From NCBI RefSeq assembly GCF_006345805.1, contig NC_043001.1:111724001-111788000 (forward strand): a stretch of DNA of 64,000 nt, read 5' to 3'. Below are positions 13,790 to 27,264 of this stretch, one piece after another. Below the pieces are notes generated by a model that was not told where the DNA came from, made no database searches, and worked only from the letters and a program-made list of their open reading frames with translations. This DNA comes from Octopus sinensis (taxonomy: Eukaryota). Made by a program: the position numbers and the translations under genes. Numbering within the stretch: the stretch's first letter is position 1; every line of letters starts with the position of its first letter.

Positions 13790-14030
13790 AAATTTAGATT
13801 CAGATGAATATGGTACTTAAGTCAAAGGCACCAGAATTTTGCATGGTATTATCCATATAAATCAAATGGGGTGATTATAATCAAAATAAGCAACAAGTAT
13901 ATCCGAGGTAGAGTAGTACAATTGTTTCATGTTACTTCATTTTATTAAACACTGTAAGTATTACATCAGTTTTGAAATGTCGAGCATTCTTCAGCTACTT
14001 ATAGAATTTTCCAGTCAAACGGACAATGCA
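13790..14030 (-). mobile_element. PLE pseudo-LTR fragment related to 27653-28230
   Basis: Shares GAATATGGTAC, GGGGTGATTATAA, AAGCAACAAG and TAGTACAAT.GTTTCAT with the 25.3/28.1 kb arms; adjacent to a TA-rich tract. Confidence 0.7.
13912..13999 (-). ncRNA. Type I hammerhead ribozyme motif
   Basis: Minus strand: AGTAG-CTGAAGA-[long stem II]-GAAAC-AATT-GTA-CTACT; stem I AGTAG/CTACT, palindromic stem III ACAATTGT. Confidence 0.75.
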
Positions 14031-14720
14031 CATTCTTATCTCTATTTCATTTGCCAATATTATAAAGAGGGTAGATATATAGACAGAGAGGTTGATTTCA
14101 TTCTTAAGAACATGATAGTTGTATGTTCACTCTCCGTCTGTAGATTTTATCATTTGGTTTACTTTGTTATTTAGATCTGTCAGTGGGGAGGGGGATTTTT
14201 AGTTGGATGGAGAAAAGAATTTTTTCTATTTATAGATATATCTATTATATATACATATATGTATGTATATATATATATATATGTATGTATATATATATAT
14301 ATATATAATATATATACATATATACATTCATATATATATGCATGTATATATATATATTTATATGTGTGTATGTGTACGTCTGTGTTTGACACCCCCACAC
14401 TACTTGACAACCAGTGTTTGTGCGTTTATGTCCCTGTAACTTAGCAGCCCGGGGAAAACCGATAGAATAAGTAGGTGGCTTTAAAAAAGAAGTACTCGTG
14501 TCGATTCGATTGCCTAAAAATCATGCAAGGTGGTGCCTCAGCATGGCCGCAATCTAAGGGCTGAAACAGGTAAATGATAAAAGATGTTTATGGCTGACTC
14601 GGTAGAACGGTGGATTAAAAGCTATGCAGTATTTTTCATACTCCGAGTTCAAATACCATCGAGGTGCTCTTCACTTGCTATCTTTCCGAATTGTACAAAA
14701 TAAACACTAATAAACAAGTA

Positions 14721-14877
14721 GGAGTGGCTGTGTGGTAAGTAGCTTGATTACGAACCACATGGTTCCGGGTTCAGTCCCACTGCGTGGCACCTTGGGCAAG
14801 TGTCTTCTTCTATAACCTCGGGCCGACCAAAGCTTTGCAGGTGTATTTGGTAGACGGAAACTGAAAGAAGCCCGTCG

Positions 14878-14915
<38 letters not shown>

Positions 14916-15141
14916 CGTGTGTGTGTATGTATGTTTGTGTGTCTGTGTTTGTCCCCCCCCCCTACATCACTTGACAACAGATGCTGGTGTGTTTACGTTC
15001 GGCAAAAGAAAGACTGATAGAATGTGAACTAGGCTTACAAAGAATAAGTCCTGGTGTCGATTTGCTCGACTAAAAGCGGTGCTCCAGCATGGCTTCAGTC
15101 AAATGACTGAAACAAGTGAAAGAGTAAAAGAGTAAAAGAGT
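14721..15141 (+). mobile_element. SINE family A
   Basis: Head GGTTCAGTCCC, CCTTGGGCAAGT, internal (TA)n/(TG)n, (AAAAGAGT)n tail; TSD AAGTA at 14716-14720 and 15142-15146; inserted in a decayed family B copy. Confidence 0.9.
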
Positions 15142-15280
15142 AAGTACTGGTGATATAATGGACTCTACTTTTTTATCTAAACTTGTGACAGTACAACAAT
15201 GTCAGTTAATATTATTAATAAGCCGAGACGGTAAAGAAATAAGGTGGACAGATAAAATTGTTTCCTGTGGATAAATATTT

Positions 15281-15499
15281 CTTACTCTCTTTTACTCTTT
15301 TACTTGTTTCAGTCATTTGACTGCGGCCATGCTGGAGCACCGCCTTTAGTCGAGCAACTCGAACCTCGGGACTTATTCTTTTTGTAAGCCCAGTACTTAT
15401 TCTATCGGTCTCTTTTTGCCGAACCGCTAAGTGACGGGTACGTAAACACACCAGCATCGGTTGTCAAGCAATGCTAGGGGAACAAACACAGACACACAA

Positions 15500-15560
<61 letters not shown>

Positions 15561-15727
15561 TACGACAGGCTTCTTTCAGTTTCCGTCTACCAAATCCACT
15601 CACAAGGCATTGGTCGGCCCGGGGCTATAGCAGAAGACACTTGCCCAAGATGCCACGCAGTGGGACTGAACCCGGAACCATGTGGTTGGTTAGCAAGCTA
15701 CTTACCACACAGCCACTCCTGCGCCTA
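15281..15727 (-). mobile_element. SINE family A, full length
   Basis: Reverse-complement match to 14721-15141 and 51296-51739. Confidence 0.9.
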
Positions 15728-16629
15728 TACTTACTTTTTTTTTTTAGACAAACTGATAACTGCAATAAGGATATTATAGGATACTAAAATATTCGTATGT
15801 GGTTTTGTCTAAACGAGAATATAGAATTTTAGTATTAAGTTCGTTTATTAATTCATTAGTTCTAGAAATGGTTTTGTTTATTGTGGATAGGATACTGTGT
15901 ATTTACAATAAAAATAAATCTTATCAATTTAGTTTTACACCCCGTCCTAACACACACATCGAGAAAGAGAAAGACAGAGAGGGAGAAAGGGAGGAAGAGA
16001 GAGAGAGACATAGAAACAGTGTAATTATGGGAACGAATACTTCGTGATTTTGCGAAAAATATTTTTTGCACAAAGTAATTAGTAGACACCGCAATAAAAG
16101 TGAAACTAATCAGGTTAACTGCAACAATATAGTAACACTTAAGTATAGCTAAACAAAAGATAAACTTCAGCTACATATTAAAATCAAAACAATATATTCT
16201 GTTACTATCCGTGAAACTGTTGTTCTAACAGCAGCCATATATATTTAGAGTTTCAAAATGGAAAAGCGACGTTTTCATCAGCGGAGCTACAAAAATGAAC
16301 TGCGTGAGAATTTTACTGTTCATATTCTCGGTGAGGTAGAAACAAGTGGTATACAGAAAGACTTACAGAGAAAACTAAGACAAATATGCTGGAAATGGAA
16401 CGGCGGAAGGTTTTAGAATAATGTGAAATTATCATTATATGTGGAATTTAAGACTTACTTAAAAGAAATGGGTTGTGGTAATTGTAGGAAAAAAGATTTT
16501 GCAATAACGACGGAAATATATCTTTTCTTTAAAGTTATTATCACGGATCTTAATAAAAAAAGAAAAATATTAGAGTTTCGGCAAGGCTATAGCTATACAG
16601 CTATCCATCTATTCGAAATACATACTTAG

Positions 16630-16786
16630 ACACACACACGCACGCGCACACACGTACGCGCACACACGTACGCGCACACACGTACGCGCACACACGTACG
16701 CGCACACACACACGCACGCGCACACACGCACGCACGCACACACACACGCACGCACGCACACACACACGCACGCACACACACACACA

Positions 16787-16830
<44 letters not shown>
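16630..16830. repeat. (CA)n/(CACG)n compound microsatellite
   Basis: Directly visible; includes several CACACGTACGCGCA units. Confidence 0.9.
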
Positions 16831-16833
<3 letters not shown>

Positions 16834-16919
16834 CAATATTCTTTTCTGCTCTAGGCACAGGGCCTGAAAATTTTGCGGTGGGGGCAAGTCCATTAGATCG
16901 AACCCTAGTATACTTTATT

Positions 16920-17155
16920 ATCTCCCCTTCGTCCTACCTCTCCTATCTAACTACCTCTATCCAGACAGCCACCATGATTGACTGCTAGCCGCTAAAGCTT
17001 TTATTATTCTCTCTGTTTATTTTCTCGAGTTCTTTTCTGCTGAAGAGCATAGGCTCGAAACGTAAAAGACTTTCTCACCTTCCTGAACGTTAAACTAAAT
17101 ACACCTGCTTGTTGTTTATAAACCTGTCTTCGTCTTTTGTTATTCTGTAAATTCC

Positions 17156-17160
<5 letters not shown>
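16920..17160 (+). mobile_element. Probable PLE pseudo-LTR fragment with a minimal hammerhead-like motif (17031-17069)
   Basis: TCTTTT-CTGCTGA-A-GAGC-ATAG-GCTC-GAAACGTA-AAAGA; ends at (TA)n; homologous to 37000-37150 on the minus strand. Confidence 0.55.
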
Positions 17161-17197
<37 letters not shown>

Positions 17198-18452
17198 CAG
17201 GCTCCTAGCTTTTTACGCCGCAGCCATGCCTGCATCTGTTAAAGAAAATATGTGAAACTCCGGTAAATATATCGTATATTTCAGTGTTATCTCATACAGA
17301 CTGTACTCCAGATATATGTCATGTGTAGTAGCTTTGATTGATAATACTTGTCTAAGATGAAGATATTTTAATACAGGAACTTTTAATCGGGAATAACCTC
17401 CTTATAGATACTTCAGCGAAAGGATGATATAAAATATGCTTGATTTTCTAGGAGAGAAATAATACGTAATTTCAAAGGCCAGGTGTGTGATAATGGCTCA
17501 AGCACAAAAAGAGAAAAAAATATATGGATCAGATGCAGATCATAAAAAGAAAATCAACACTTTATATAGAAAATGGATGTGAAAGCATGGAATTAGTTGT
17601 CGTTGATAATGCAGTAAGTAATGCTCTGCGCTAATGGGAATGCAGATTAAAATCAGTCAAACATCTGAAACAAAATGTTAGGGGATCGGGTCGCTCTGTA
17701 TGAACTTTCAGAAATGCCTTCTGATCCTGCGACGCGATATGGAGCAGAATCGCTTGCATTACATACAGAACGATTAGAGAGATTTTAGAAATAATGAATG
17801 TTTAGTGTAGTTTTGGGAGAACAGATGCTGTCATCAGAACGATAAAGAGAGCCTCTATAGAACTGTCTGGTGCAATTTTGTTAATGAATCGAGATGTAAA
17901 TTGCTTAAGTGATTATCGGTCATAGACATAGAACAGAATCAGGGAAAGAATATAGACCACAATTAGATGCATATCTTAGTAAAATAATACAATATATTTT
18001 CATTGGTGACCTACAAATAAAGTGTGTTCAATGAAATACTCGACACAGTTATTAATTCTGTAACAGACAGTTAACGTCTAAAACAAATTTAATGACACAT
18101 GGAGATTTATAAATTGCATAAGATATATATAAGATAAAAATTAAGAGAGATTAGTAAATCAGGATCTGGAGGATAGTTTAAGGTAGAAAAAAGTTGATGT
18201 TTCAACTGAACTAATAATTGCAAAATTTCATTTTCCGGGAGATGTAAAGCTTTCATTAGATGCTGTTATATTCACCTACAATAAGTTCCGGGTCAAATCT
18301 GTGGATTGCAAAGAGAATAATGCTCACAATTCTTACTAAATGAAGAAAGAGAGAGAGAGAGAGAGAGGGAGAAAGAGAGAAAGAAGGAAGTTTTAGTTAA
18401 CTAAAAATAATACAAGAATCTTCATTGGTCTACAAACAATATAAATAACATT

Positions 18453-18686
18453 CTTTTCTGCTCTAGGCAGAAATTTTTGGAAAGGGGGCCAATTGATTAG
18501 ATCGACCCTAGTACGCAACTGGTATTTAATTTATGGACCCCGAATGCATGAAAGGCAAAGTCGGCCTCAGTGGAATTTGAACTCAGAACGTAGCGACAGA
18601 CGAAATACCTATTTCTTTACTACCCACAAGGGGCTAAACACAAACGAAAAACCGCTAAGCGTGCGTTTCTGCCAGCTCGCTGCCTT
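18453..18686 (-). mobile_element. SINE family B (rearranged)
   Basis: Matches 59466-59700; 17 bp TSD ACAATATAAAT(A/G)ACATT at 18436-18452 and 18687-18703. Confidence 0.8.
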
Positions 18687-20066
18687 ACAATATAAATGAC
18701 ATTATTTGAGAGTTTTGTCAATAAAAAATGATGCGGAATCGTTAAATCGTCAGATAAGATTCTATGCTACAATTCTACTGGTTTCTTATGTTCTGAGATC
18801 AAATCCTACCCAAGTCATTTACACTTTAGCAAACGCTGAATAATGTGAAGTACTGCGGTCGGTGAATTCGACTAATTTTCACCCCCGTAAGTAATTGTTG
18901 GCACTTAGCTGGAAACCATTGTAAAGATGAATGTTATGAGATATTTTGGATATTTTAAAGCTAGAATGGATATGAGCATATATTATTTTTCATATTCTTT
19001 AATTTAAATTAGGCAGTAAATGAAGAAATCTTGATTAACAACAACTGACTAACATCGATTATTATTATTTAATACAAAACTTTAATCCCATATAACAGCC
19101 GTTTCTGCTTCCAGTGCCCTACGGTGTTGCTATTGAAAATTCTGAGAATAACATTCGTCATATTTTGTAACACATCCGATCTGGAACGTGGAGCTTCATC
19201 AGACTGAAGAAAAAAATACATAAAAGGAAAGAAGAGAGGAAGAACCTCAAGAAGAAGACTGCATGTTTAATATATTTAAATCATACCATTTTGCAGTGTA
19301 ACGCTACAAGACGTTGAGTAAATGACTAAGCTAGAAATATTAATTCGTGGATTAATCTTTCTTTAGGGGTAACAGGGTGTATAAATAATAAGAAAGTAAA
19401 CTAAATACTTTACCATAACGGTATACGCTAATAGCTCTAGAGAAAGAGGGAGTGATAGTGCCATAATGTTTAGAAGTAATTATAATAGTTCTTAAGATTA
19501 TGTTAACAGTACTAATTAATAGTTTATCTTAATAAAATGCCCATCCATCAGTTAATAACAATTATTTACTTACTGATATGTTGCAAAGACTTATCATCTA
19601 TTGCCTATAATGGGATTGATCAAAGCCCAGCTTTTGATATAATTGGTCATTTAAATTTAAAAGCAAAGGGCAAGCTATTAAGAACGTTATACGGGTAGAT
19701 ATAAATAAAAAGTAAATAATAAGTAAAAGTAGGGAGAAGTGATATATATTATAAGTGGTCCAAAGCCGCTTAGGACATTATAAATAAAACAAGCAAACAT
19801 GTAAACAAGCACCATGCGAAGGAATGAAAATCGCCCGCAGTGTTGTTAACACCTAGCGACGTCCCTATTTGGACCATTGTGTGTTAAGGCGCAATGGTCC
19901 AAAACGCAATGGTAGCAAAACGGATATTTTTTTATCCCTTAGACGGTTACTCCAACCTCTAACTCTAGTAACCTTATTCTTTGATTTATAAATTTATTAG
20001 GGTACATACTTACATCAACCGAAGCATGCTTCGGACATGCTGTTACCTACATATCCTCAAGTCAAG

Positions 20067-20330
20067 GTTAATTTGCGGACAAAATTTGGCAGAATCGTTA
20101 ATTTGCGGCCAAAAGCTGTCAGAATCGTTAATTTGCGGCCAAAAGCTAGCAGAATCGTTCGGACGCTGGGCAAAATGCTAAGAGGCATTTTGTCCATCTG
20201 TACAGTCTGAGATCAAATACTACCAAGGGCGACTTTGCCTTTTACCCTTTTGGTGTCCATGTAAGTAAAAGTTGATTACTGGGGAACATGTAATCGACTT
20301 GGTTTCTGCCAAAATTTGAAACCAATAACA
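20067..20330 (+). mobile_element. Decayed SINE family B with triplicated 30 bp 5' junction
   Basis: GTTAATTTGCGGCCAAAAGCT..CAGAATC-type unit x3 at 20067, 20097 and 20127, then the family B body. Confidence 0.7.
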
Positions 20331-20607
20331 AGTACTGGAGTTGATTTAATCGGGACCTTGTATCAATCTTAGCCTCAGTATTAATTATCATCTTGTTTAC
20401 GTTACGAGTTCAAGTCCGGCACTTGTAGATGTTGAACTTTATTCCGCGCGGGTAACGAATTGAAAGACTGACGCAATCAACTAGTTTTTTTTTTATTCTT
20501 ATAAATCGATAGTTTTATGTTAAACACATCCAGAAACCTTTTAAAGACTGAAAAAAGAAAATATTTCTTGTGTAGAGCAACCACATCATTTATGAAATAT
20601 AAGCGGA

Positions 20608-20666
<59 letters not shown>

Positions 20667-21627
20667 GAACAACAAAAATTAAAACCTGTTTCCCAAAACT
20701 AGAATGATGTCTTCCGTAAAATATGACAACCGGTATTAAGTGAATATTTTTTTCTTAATGTCAGCCCCGAATTATTTCAAGGTGACATGAAACCATATAT
20801 TGCAATGTTCTTCGTGTATTGCTTTCATTTATTTTACCGCATTTATTGAATTTTATACAGTTTTTCATAACTATGTGTATCACTATAGTTTTCTTATGAC
20901 TTCGCGGCGAGAAGTTAATAATTTACAATATTTTCGCTTTATTTTTTCCTTTTTTTTTTTACGTATCCAAAAACTCTGTTACTCGAAACCGTGTTTTCGT
21001 TCTCTTTCCTTTCTTCGACATTTCTAAATGTCCATTTGTTACGCTCTATTTCGTTTTTATTATTTTTTTCTATCTTTTCGTTTTTCTATTTTCCATTTTA
21101 AGTATCCACCATAACGTATTCACAGCGAAATTGTTGCTCGATAATTATTTATTCCTACGCCTCTGGTCGTCAAACAAACCAACAGTGTTTGGCAATAAGA
21201 ACGAAAGGCGTACGTTGGTTTTGCTTCATGACATTTAACTGATTTCTATTGAGACAACTTTGTACAGATGCAGAGAAAGGAACAAAACAATCCTGGTCCC
21301 TTATAACGTTTAGTATATCGTTTATAACTAGAATTTAAATTTCGTTCCCGCAGGATATGGATTATGGATTGACAGCTCCATCGCTGCTTTGTTTGTAACA
21401 TGATGTTGGAGTCCGGAAGCATCAGTTGTGATGCTTTGTTTTATTTCACTCTATGTAGAATTTCATTCGCTGAAAAGATTGTGGTTGTTCAGAGAAAAAG
21501 AGAAAAAGAAAAAATAGTGCATGGATTGTATTTCCATGAGATATTTATTTTCTTTTTATTTTACCCGTTTTTATTACAGTTAAAGAAATATGAACCCACA
21601 CAACTAAACGTTAATAAATTATTCATA

Positions 21628-22780
21628 ATAGTCCTTTCTACAATAAACACAAGGCCTGAAAAATTTGCGGGAGGGGGATAATCTATTATATCGATCTCAC
21701 CATTCAACTGGTATTTATTTTATCGACCCCGAAATGATATAAGACAAAGTTGATCTCACCGGAAATTGAACTCAGAACCTATAGACGGACCAAATACTTC
21801 TAAGCGTGTTGTCCAGCGTGCCAGCTCGCCGCTTTGATTATTCTTAGTAATACAACACAGAACGTGAAAGCAATGTAAACTAGTGATCTTTACCTTTTGA
21901 CCGACAGATTTAAAAGATAATGTTTTTGTAACTAAATACTTTCAAACTTCGGACACTGGTAGATTGTGTCATACTCTTAGGGTTCTTGAGAAAAAAAACT
22001 TATATTTAGCGATATTTCGTCTGTTCTTACGCTCTGAGTTCAAATTCCGCCGAGGTCGACTTTGCATTTCATCCTTTCGGGGTCGATAAATTAAGAACTA
22101 GTTGAGTACTGGGGTCGATCTAATCGACTGGCCTCTCCCCACAAAATTTGGGCCTTGTATACTAGAGTAGAAAAGAATATCAATAAATAATATATCTATG
22201 GATTCAAGTTCAAATCCCGGAATAGGTAGTTTAGCGACATTAATTTTAATCATCTTAGCCAAAGTAATCAAGTAATGGGCAGTATTTCAATGCAATACTT
22301 GATTTCCCGTAGTGTTACTGGTTATAACTCAGTCGTGTAGACGTGTCAGTGTTAATGGCTAACTAGATAAATCACAAGCGAAGTACGTGCATATGAGTTG
22401 GTTGGGGTCGAATGACACGAATAGAGTTTACCACTTTAATACCAGCGATTCGCTACAATTTAAAATCAGTTGAGCACTGGAGTTGATGTACTGCCCTAGC
22501 CCTTTTCTCCCGAAATTGCTGGCTTTGTGTCAAAATTTGAAACCAATACTCAATGCCACCAGAAGAAGGCGAGCTGGCAGAATCGTTAGCACACCAGACA
22601 AATTATTTTGCGGTATTTCTTCCAGCATTTCCTTCTAAGATCAATCTCCGTTAAGGTCGGTTTAGCATTTTATATTTTGGGGGCCGATAAAATAAGTACC
22701 AGTTAAGCACTGGGGTCGATGAAATCGACGAACCCACTCTCACAAAATTTCAGGCTTTGTACCTATAGAAGGAAGAGCTA
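21628..22780. mobile_element. Cluster of SINE family B copies (21628-21833 minus; ~22005-22180 and ~22566-22780 plus)
   Basis: Shared GAGTTCAAATTCCGCCGAGGTCGACTTTGC.TTTCATCCTTTCGGGGTCGATAAA core, resembling the Meta/MESC SINE domain. Confidence 0.75.
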
Positions 22781-23299
22781 CTATATGGTGTCAGTAAGTG
22801 AAATCTTAAAATTTCCATTAAATATAAAACAGGTATCATTAATCATTTTAACGTAACGCTCAAAGACTACTCTTATACAGTTAATTTAATTTCGAGTCAC
22901 ATACATCCTAATTGAAAACAGAAGTGTTACAAATCATACTTTATTTACTAATACATGCTTCTCCATGACATTGTGATAATCTATTATTTCACCTAGAAAA
23001 TATTGGTAATACTTGCCGTGGAGACATGCACTTTGGTTCATTCATTCGCTCTTTCGTTCTTTCATTAATTTAAAACTTTATTCATACGTACTTACAAACC
23101 TACATATATATTTTTCTACCTGTACGCTTTCACCTACCTAACCACTTATATGCCTATCATAACAACCCTACCAAAAACCTACTTATACACCTGTCTCTGT
23201 GTCCCCTCTAGTTATTTATCGATTCATTATCTTTTTCTCTGTCCTTCTCTTTATATTTATATATGTACTTGTATGTATGCATATATTATATATATATAT

Positions 23300-23450
23300 G
23301 AGGGCAGCTGCATCGAACTCTCTCATGCACCAAATGGCAGTTGCTAAAAAGCATTCGTGAATTAAAATCATGTAGCAACACCAAATGGCGGTGCCCCAGC
23401 ATGGCCACATCTCGTGAGCTGAAACTAGATAAAATATAAAATATAAAAAT
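23300..23450 (+). mobile_element. 3' end of a CR1-like LINE
   Basis: RAAASNSLMHQ ORF end, then GGCGGTGCCCCAGCATGGCCAC...GCTGAAACTAGATAAAA tail; homologous to 29228-29360. Confidence 0.65.
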
Positions 23451-23534
23451 ATATATATCTTTCTTTATGCATATGTATCTCTATCTCTATGTATAACTAT
23501 ATATATGCATTCATGTATATGCATATGCATATAT

Positions 23535-23582
<48 letters not shown>

Positions 23583-23583
<1 letters not shown>

Positions 23584-24600
23584 TAGCAGTATCGCCCGGC
23601 GTTGCTCGGGTTTGTAAGGGAAATAACTATATAAGCATTTTTAGTGAGTTATAGCAAAAAAATAGCAAAAAATGCATTAAAATGGAATAAAAAATGATGG
23701 TAATTTTTTTTTTAATCGTTGACTCATCGTAGACATTTTTAGAGAGTTACTTCCCTTATATAATAGCGAAAAATGCATTAAAATGGAATAAAAAATGATG
23801 GTAATTTTTTTTTTAATCGTTGACTCATCGTAGACATTTTTAGAGAGTTACTTCCCTTATATAATAGCGAAAAATGCATTAAAATGGAATAAAAAAATTA
23901 TGGTAAATTTTTTTTTAAATCGTAGACTCATCGTAGACGCGCGCTAATACCCAGAAGGGCTCGATATGAATCACGACTATAAGATACCCGGTTTTGGTTA
24001 CACTGCACCGCAAAATGTGGGAGTAGTTAGGAATCTAAATTGTAGGAGACAGTCACACAACCTTACTTTTATATATAAAGATTTGTGCAACAACTAAAAC
24101 ATTCGGTTGTGCAAATTGTTTGCACAGGAAACCTGCCCTGTGTGGCGGTAATTGCCGTTTTTGTGGATCTGTTTCAGCTTTTTTAGCGATTTCTGTTTTG
24201 GCGACTTCAAGCCATGAAGTCGTTGTTCTAAAAGAACGCTGGTCTCCTTGACAACGCATTACGACGTTGATTTCCTTACACTCCCTTCCCCACAGCTTCA
24301 CGAGGGAGGGAAGAAGGGGGAGAAGCAACACAGGTGCAGGTGTTTGAGTGTGGACGCCAACTCCGCCGCCATCGACACACGAAAAAATATGCATTAAAAT
24401 GGAATAAAAATGATGTTAAATTATTTTAAAAATCGTAGACTCATCGTAGACGCGCACTAATACCCAGACGGGCTCGATATGAATCACGACTATAAGACAC
24501 CCGAATTTGGCTAAACTGCACCGCAAAATGTGGGAGTAGTTAGGAATCTAAATCGAAGGGGACAGACAATCATACAACAACAGTTTTATATATATATATA
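23583..24600 (-). mobile_element. Non-autonomous Helitron (composite, two 5' modules)
   Basis: Minus strand: 5' TC terminus at 24081 (A|TCTTTATATATAAAAG), subterminal hairpin CCCGAGCAACGCCGGG and CTAG|T end at 23583; internal 101 bp tandem x~2.7; second 5' module 24385-24600. Confidence 0.85.
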
Positions 24601-24657
24601 TATATATATACATATATTATCATTGTTATTATTAATTTTATTTATAATTAAAAAATT

Positions 24658-24705
<48 letters not shown>

Positions 24706-24715
24706 GTAAAATAAC

Positions 24716-24956
24716 AACAAAAGAATGGGACCTCGATATTAGGTAAATTTATGTATCTATAGTATAGGACAATCAGTAAGTTGTCATAATAGGACTCAGA
24801 TTTGTCATACTAAGACTAAGAGCTACGATGCATTTCGTCGGCTATTTTGACAATAGGTAGGTCTATTGACAAAATAGCCGACGAAGATGCATCATAGCTA
24901 TTAGCTCCGGATTTTGAAACTCTGAGTCCAATTATGACAACTTACTGATTGTCCTA
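24716..24956. repeat. Imperfect 190 bp palindrome with hammerhead-like motif (24873-24933, +)
   Basis: Arms 24765-24856 and 24862-24956; right arm AATAG-CCGACGA...GAAAC-TCTGA-GTC-CAATT; the left arm preserves the stem I partner CTATT. Confidence 0.7.
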
Positions 24957-25235
24957 AGTAAATAAATAGAGTTGAACGCAGGTGTTATTAAAATTCTTTT
25001 ATTTTTGACATATGTTTTATTCCAAAGGAATAAACGGTGTAAAATAGGTAATTTTCTTATCAGGAAAGAAAGAGAACCTATCTCAACAACAAGACATTAT
25101 AACAATTTTGATGACTGCATAAATGACAAACGAACGTTATTAAGTATTTTTTTAAAAAACCGTTAGTAGATCTGACGTCAAAGGCAGACCCTAGGAAGAG
25201 AGGGGGTAAATAAATAATAAGTAGTGAATGAATAG

Positions 25236-25296
<61 letters not shown>

Positions 25297-25327
25297 CGCG
25301 AGAAAGAAGCAACAAGAATGGATAGGT

Positions 25328-25418
25328 TTTTAGTACAATCGTTTCATACAAGGACAGGCTTTATTAAAAGTTGCAAAAATTACAGCATATAAACGTGTCC
25401 CGTACTCATCAGCTAAAA
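25328..25418 (-). ncRNA. Type I hammerhead ribozyme motif (left pLTR)
   Basis: Reverse complement of 27990-28080. Confidence 0.8.
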
Positions 25419-26867
25419 TACATGTGAGTTCTCTAGACATCCTAGTGGTTGAGGCTATACTCATGAAGTAATGTAGATAATTAAGTAACATAAACAGATT
25501 TCCAAAGTTCATTAAAGTTCTTAAAGATGATGTACAGTCTTATCACAGAATTTTAAAAAAGTTTTAATAGCATCACAGAGAAGGTGACCTAATCCACAGT
25601 GCACATATGAATTTCCAGAGATATGAGGAGGGATTACATACTCACAGACGACAAATTTATCCATTGTTAATCACAACGAGGTGGGTCTCAATTCCTGCTT
25701 ATTAGCATTACAGAGAGGGTGAATTAATCCTTTGTATAGATGCACAATTTCCAATGGTGTAGATGTAAATTTCCAGAGAAATGAAGAGGAATTTCATATT
25801 CACAGGCGATAAATTTATCAATGGTTGAACACAATGAGGTAGGTATCAATTCTTGTTATATGATTAGGTATTTGCCACATTAATCACATTACTGCTATTT
25901 ACAAGAGGCTGTAGCTATTTAACTTTTTAAGGCTGAAGGGCTTTCTAGAGATGCAAAGAACAGAAAAGGAAGGGAAGAGAAGAAAAGAGAGAAAATAAAG
26001 GAGGAGGGAGCAAAAAGGGGGGGAGGGGGACTAAAAGAGAAGAGAAAAGGAAAAGAAAAAAGAGAATAAGAAGAGAAAAAGAAAAAGAAAAAAGAGAAGA
26101 AATAGGGAAAGAAGGGAAAAAAAAGAAAAAGAAAAAAGAGGGTTCTAGTTATACAGAAGAATTAGTAGACGGCAAGTCTGGTTTTAATTTACAGGCATCT
26201 AGGAACTAGAGGAGAATATTATTCTTTGACCAGTAAAACAGCTAATTTATTGCTGTTGAAATCAGCTATGAATTTAAAGAGAATCTAAAGAGATAACACG
26301 GTCAGGGGTTTAGGGGTCAGAGGCTAAAATCAAAAGAAAATACATTAGGAAAATCTAAGTATAATCTTATCAAAAAGTCATTAAAATTTATTTATTTATT
26401 TATTCATTATTGTCTTAAGGAGAGTTGCCGTTATTATTCATACATTGACGGACTACAGGTCAAATCTTAGAAGATCATTTACAAGGTGTTAGGGAATTGT
26501 CTATCATATGAAGATAATCATATTATCACCGAGGGAGTAGCCTTATTTATTTAATTTTGAAATAGAATTATGGGGCTTTAGTAACTCATTTTATTTTATT
26601 AAAGTTATGCTACTTAAATTAGATTAAGTTAAGAATTAAAATTAAAAATTACAATTAAGATTTAAAATTAAGATTTAAAATTATGAGTTTGAAATTAAAT
26701 AAAGCCTCAATTAAGCAGCGTATAAGTACTATTCATTTCCCTGTTCTCAAAAAAACTGATGCAGATATAAGGAAAAAGATAACTGTAGTGTGAGAACTCT
26801 TAGTTATCTACTTAAAGCAGTGCTATACTAGTAAAAATCAAGTTATATGATAGATACGAATATTCTA

Positions 26868-27264
26868 ATCATTTAAAATATTTTAAAGTCTTCAATTTAG
26901 CGTGGACACAAACTTGACCTAGTTCGATATGGTTATTCAATAAGTTTCTATGTTTTCTATGCTTTAGAATTTCATACGTCTCCATGGAGCATAGTTGGCA
27001 ACCAACCCTACTTTTTTATACGGAATTGCTCTCCTAACTATTTCCCAATTAAGGTTATAATATTATTATTATTTTTGAGTTCCCAGATTTTGTTTGAAAG
27101 TGTGGTGGTACCAGCTTTATGACGTAATTTAAAGACGAGATGTGATTTCTAACTCTGGCTAGAAAATTAATTGTACATCCAATGTAAAAATATTTGTTAT
27201 TCTCCGTGGATATGGTACATTTATAGATTACATATTTTCCCCGCATAGACCAGGTGCCGGGCAT
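26868..27264 (-). pseudogene. PLE C-terminal GIY-YIG endonuclease, frameshifted
   Basis: VIYKCTISTENNKYFYIGCTINFLARVRNHISS / TTLSNKIWELK / NWEIVRRAIPY / CQLCSMETYEIL...LLN..EL..VCVH. Confidence 0.85.

Noticed and set aside
16240-16285. Minus-strand CTGATGA...GAAA (similar cases on the plus strand at 1387, 8635, 51921)
   Set aside because: No convincing stem I and stem III or NUH site.
21401-21520. Possible selenocysteine or readthrough TGA followed by a small hairpin
   Set aside because: No recognisable SECIS or selenoprotein motif, and the exon itself is unverified.
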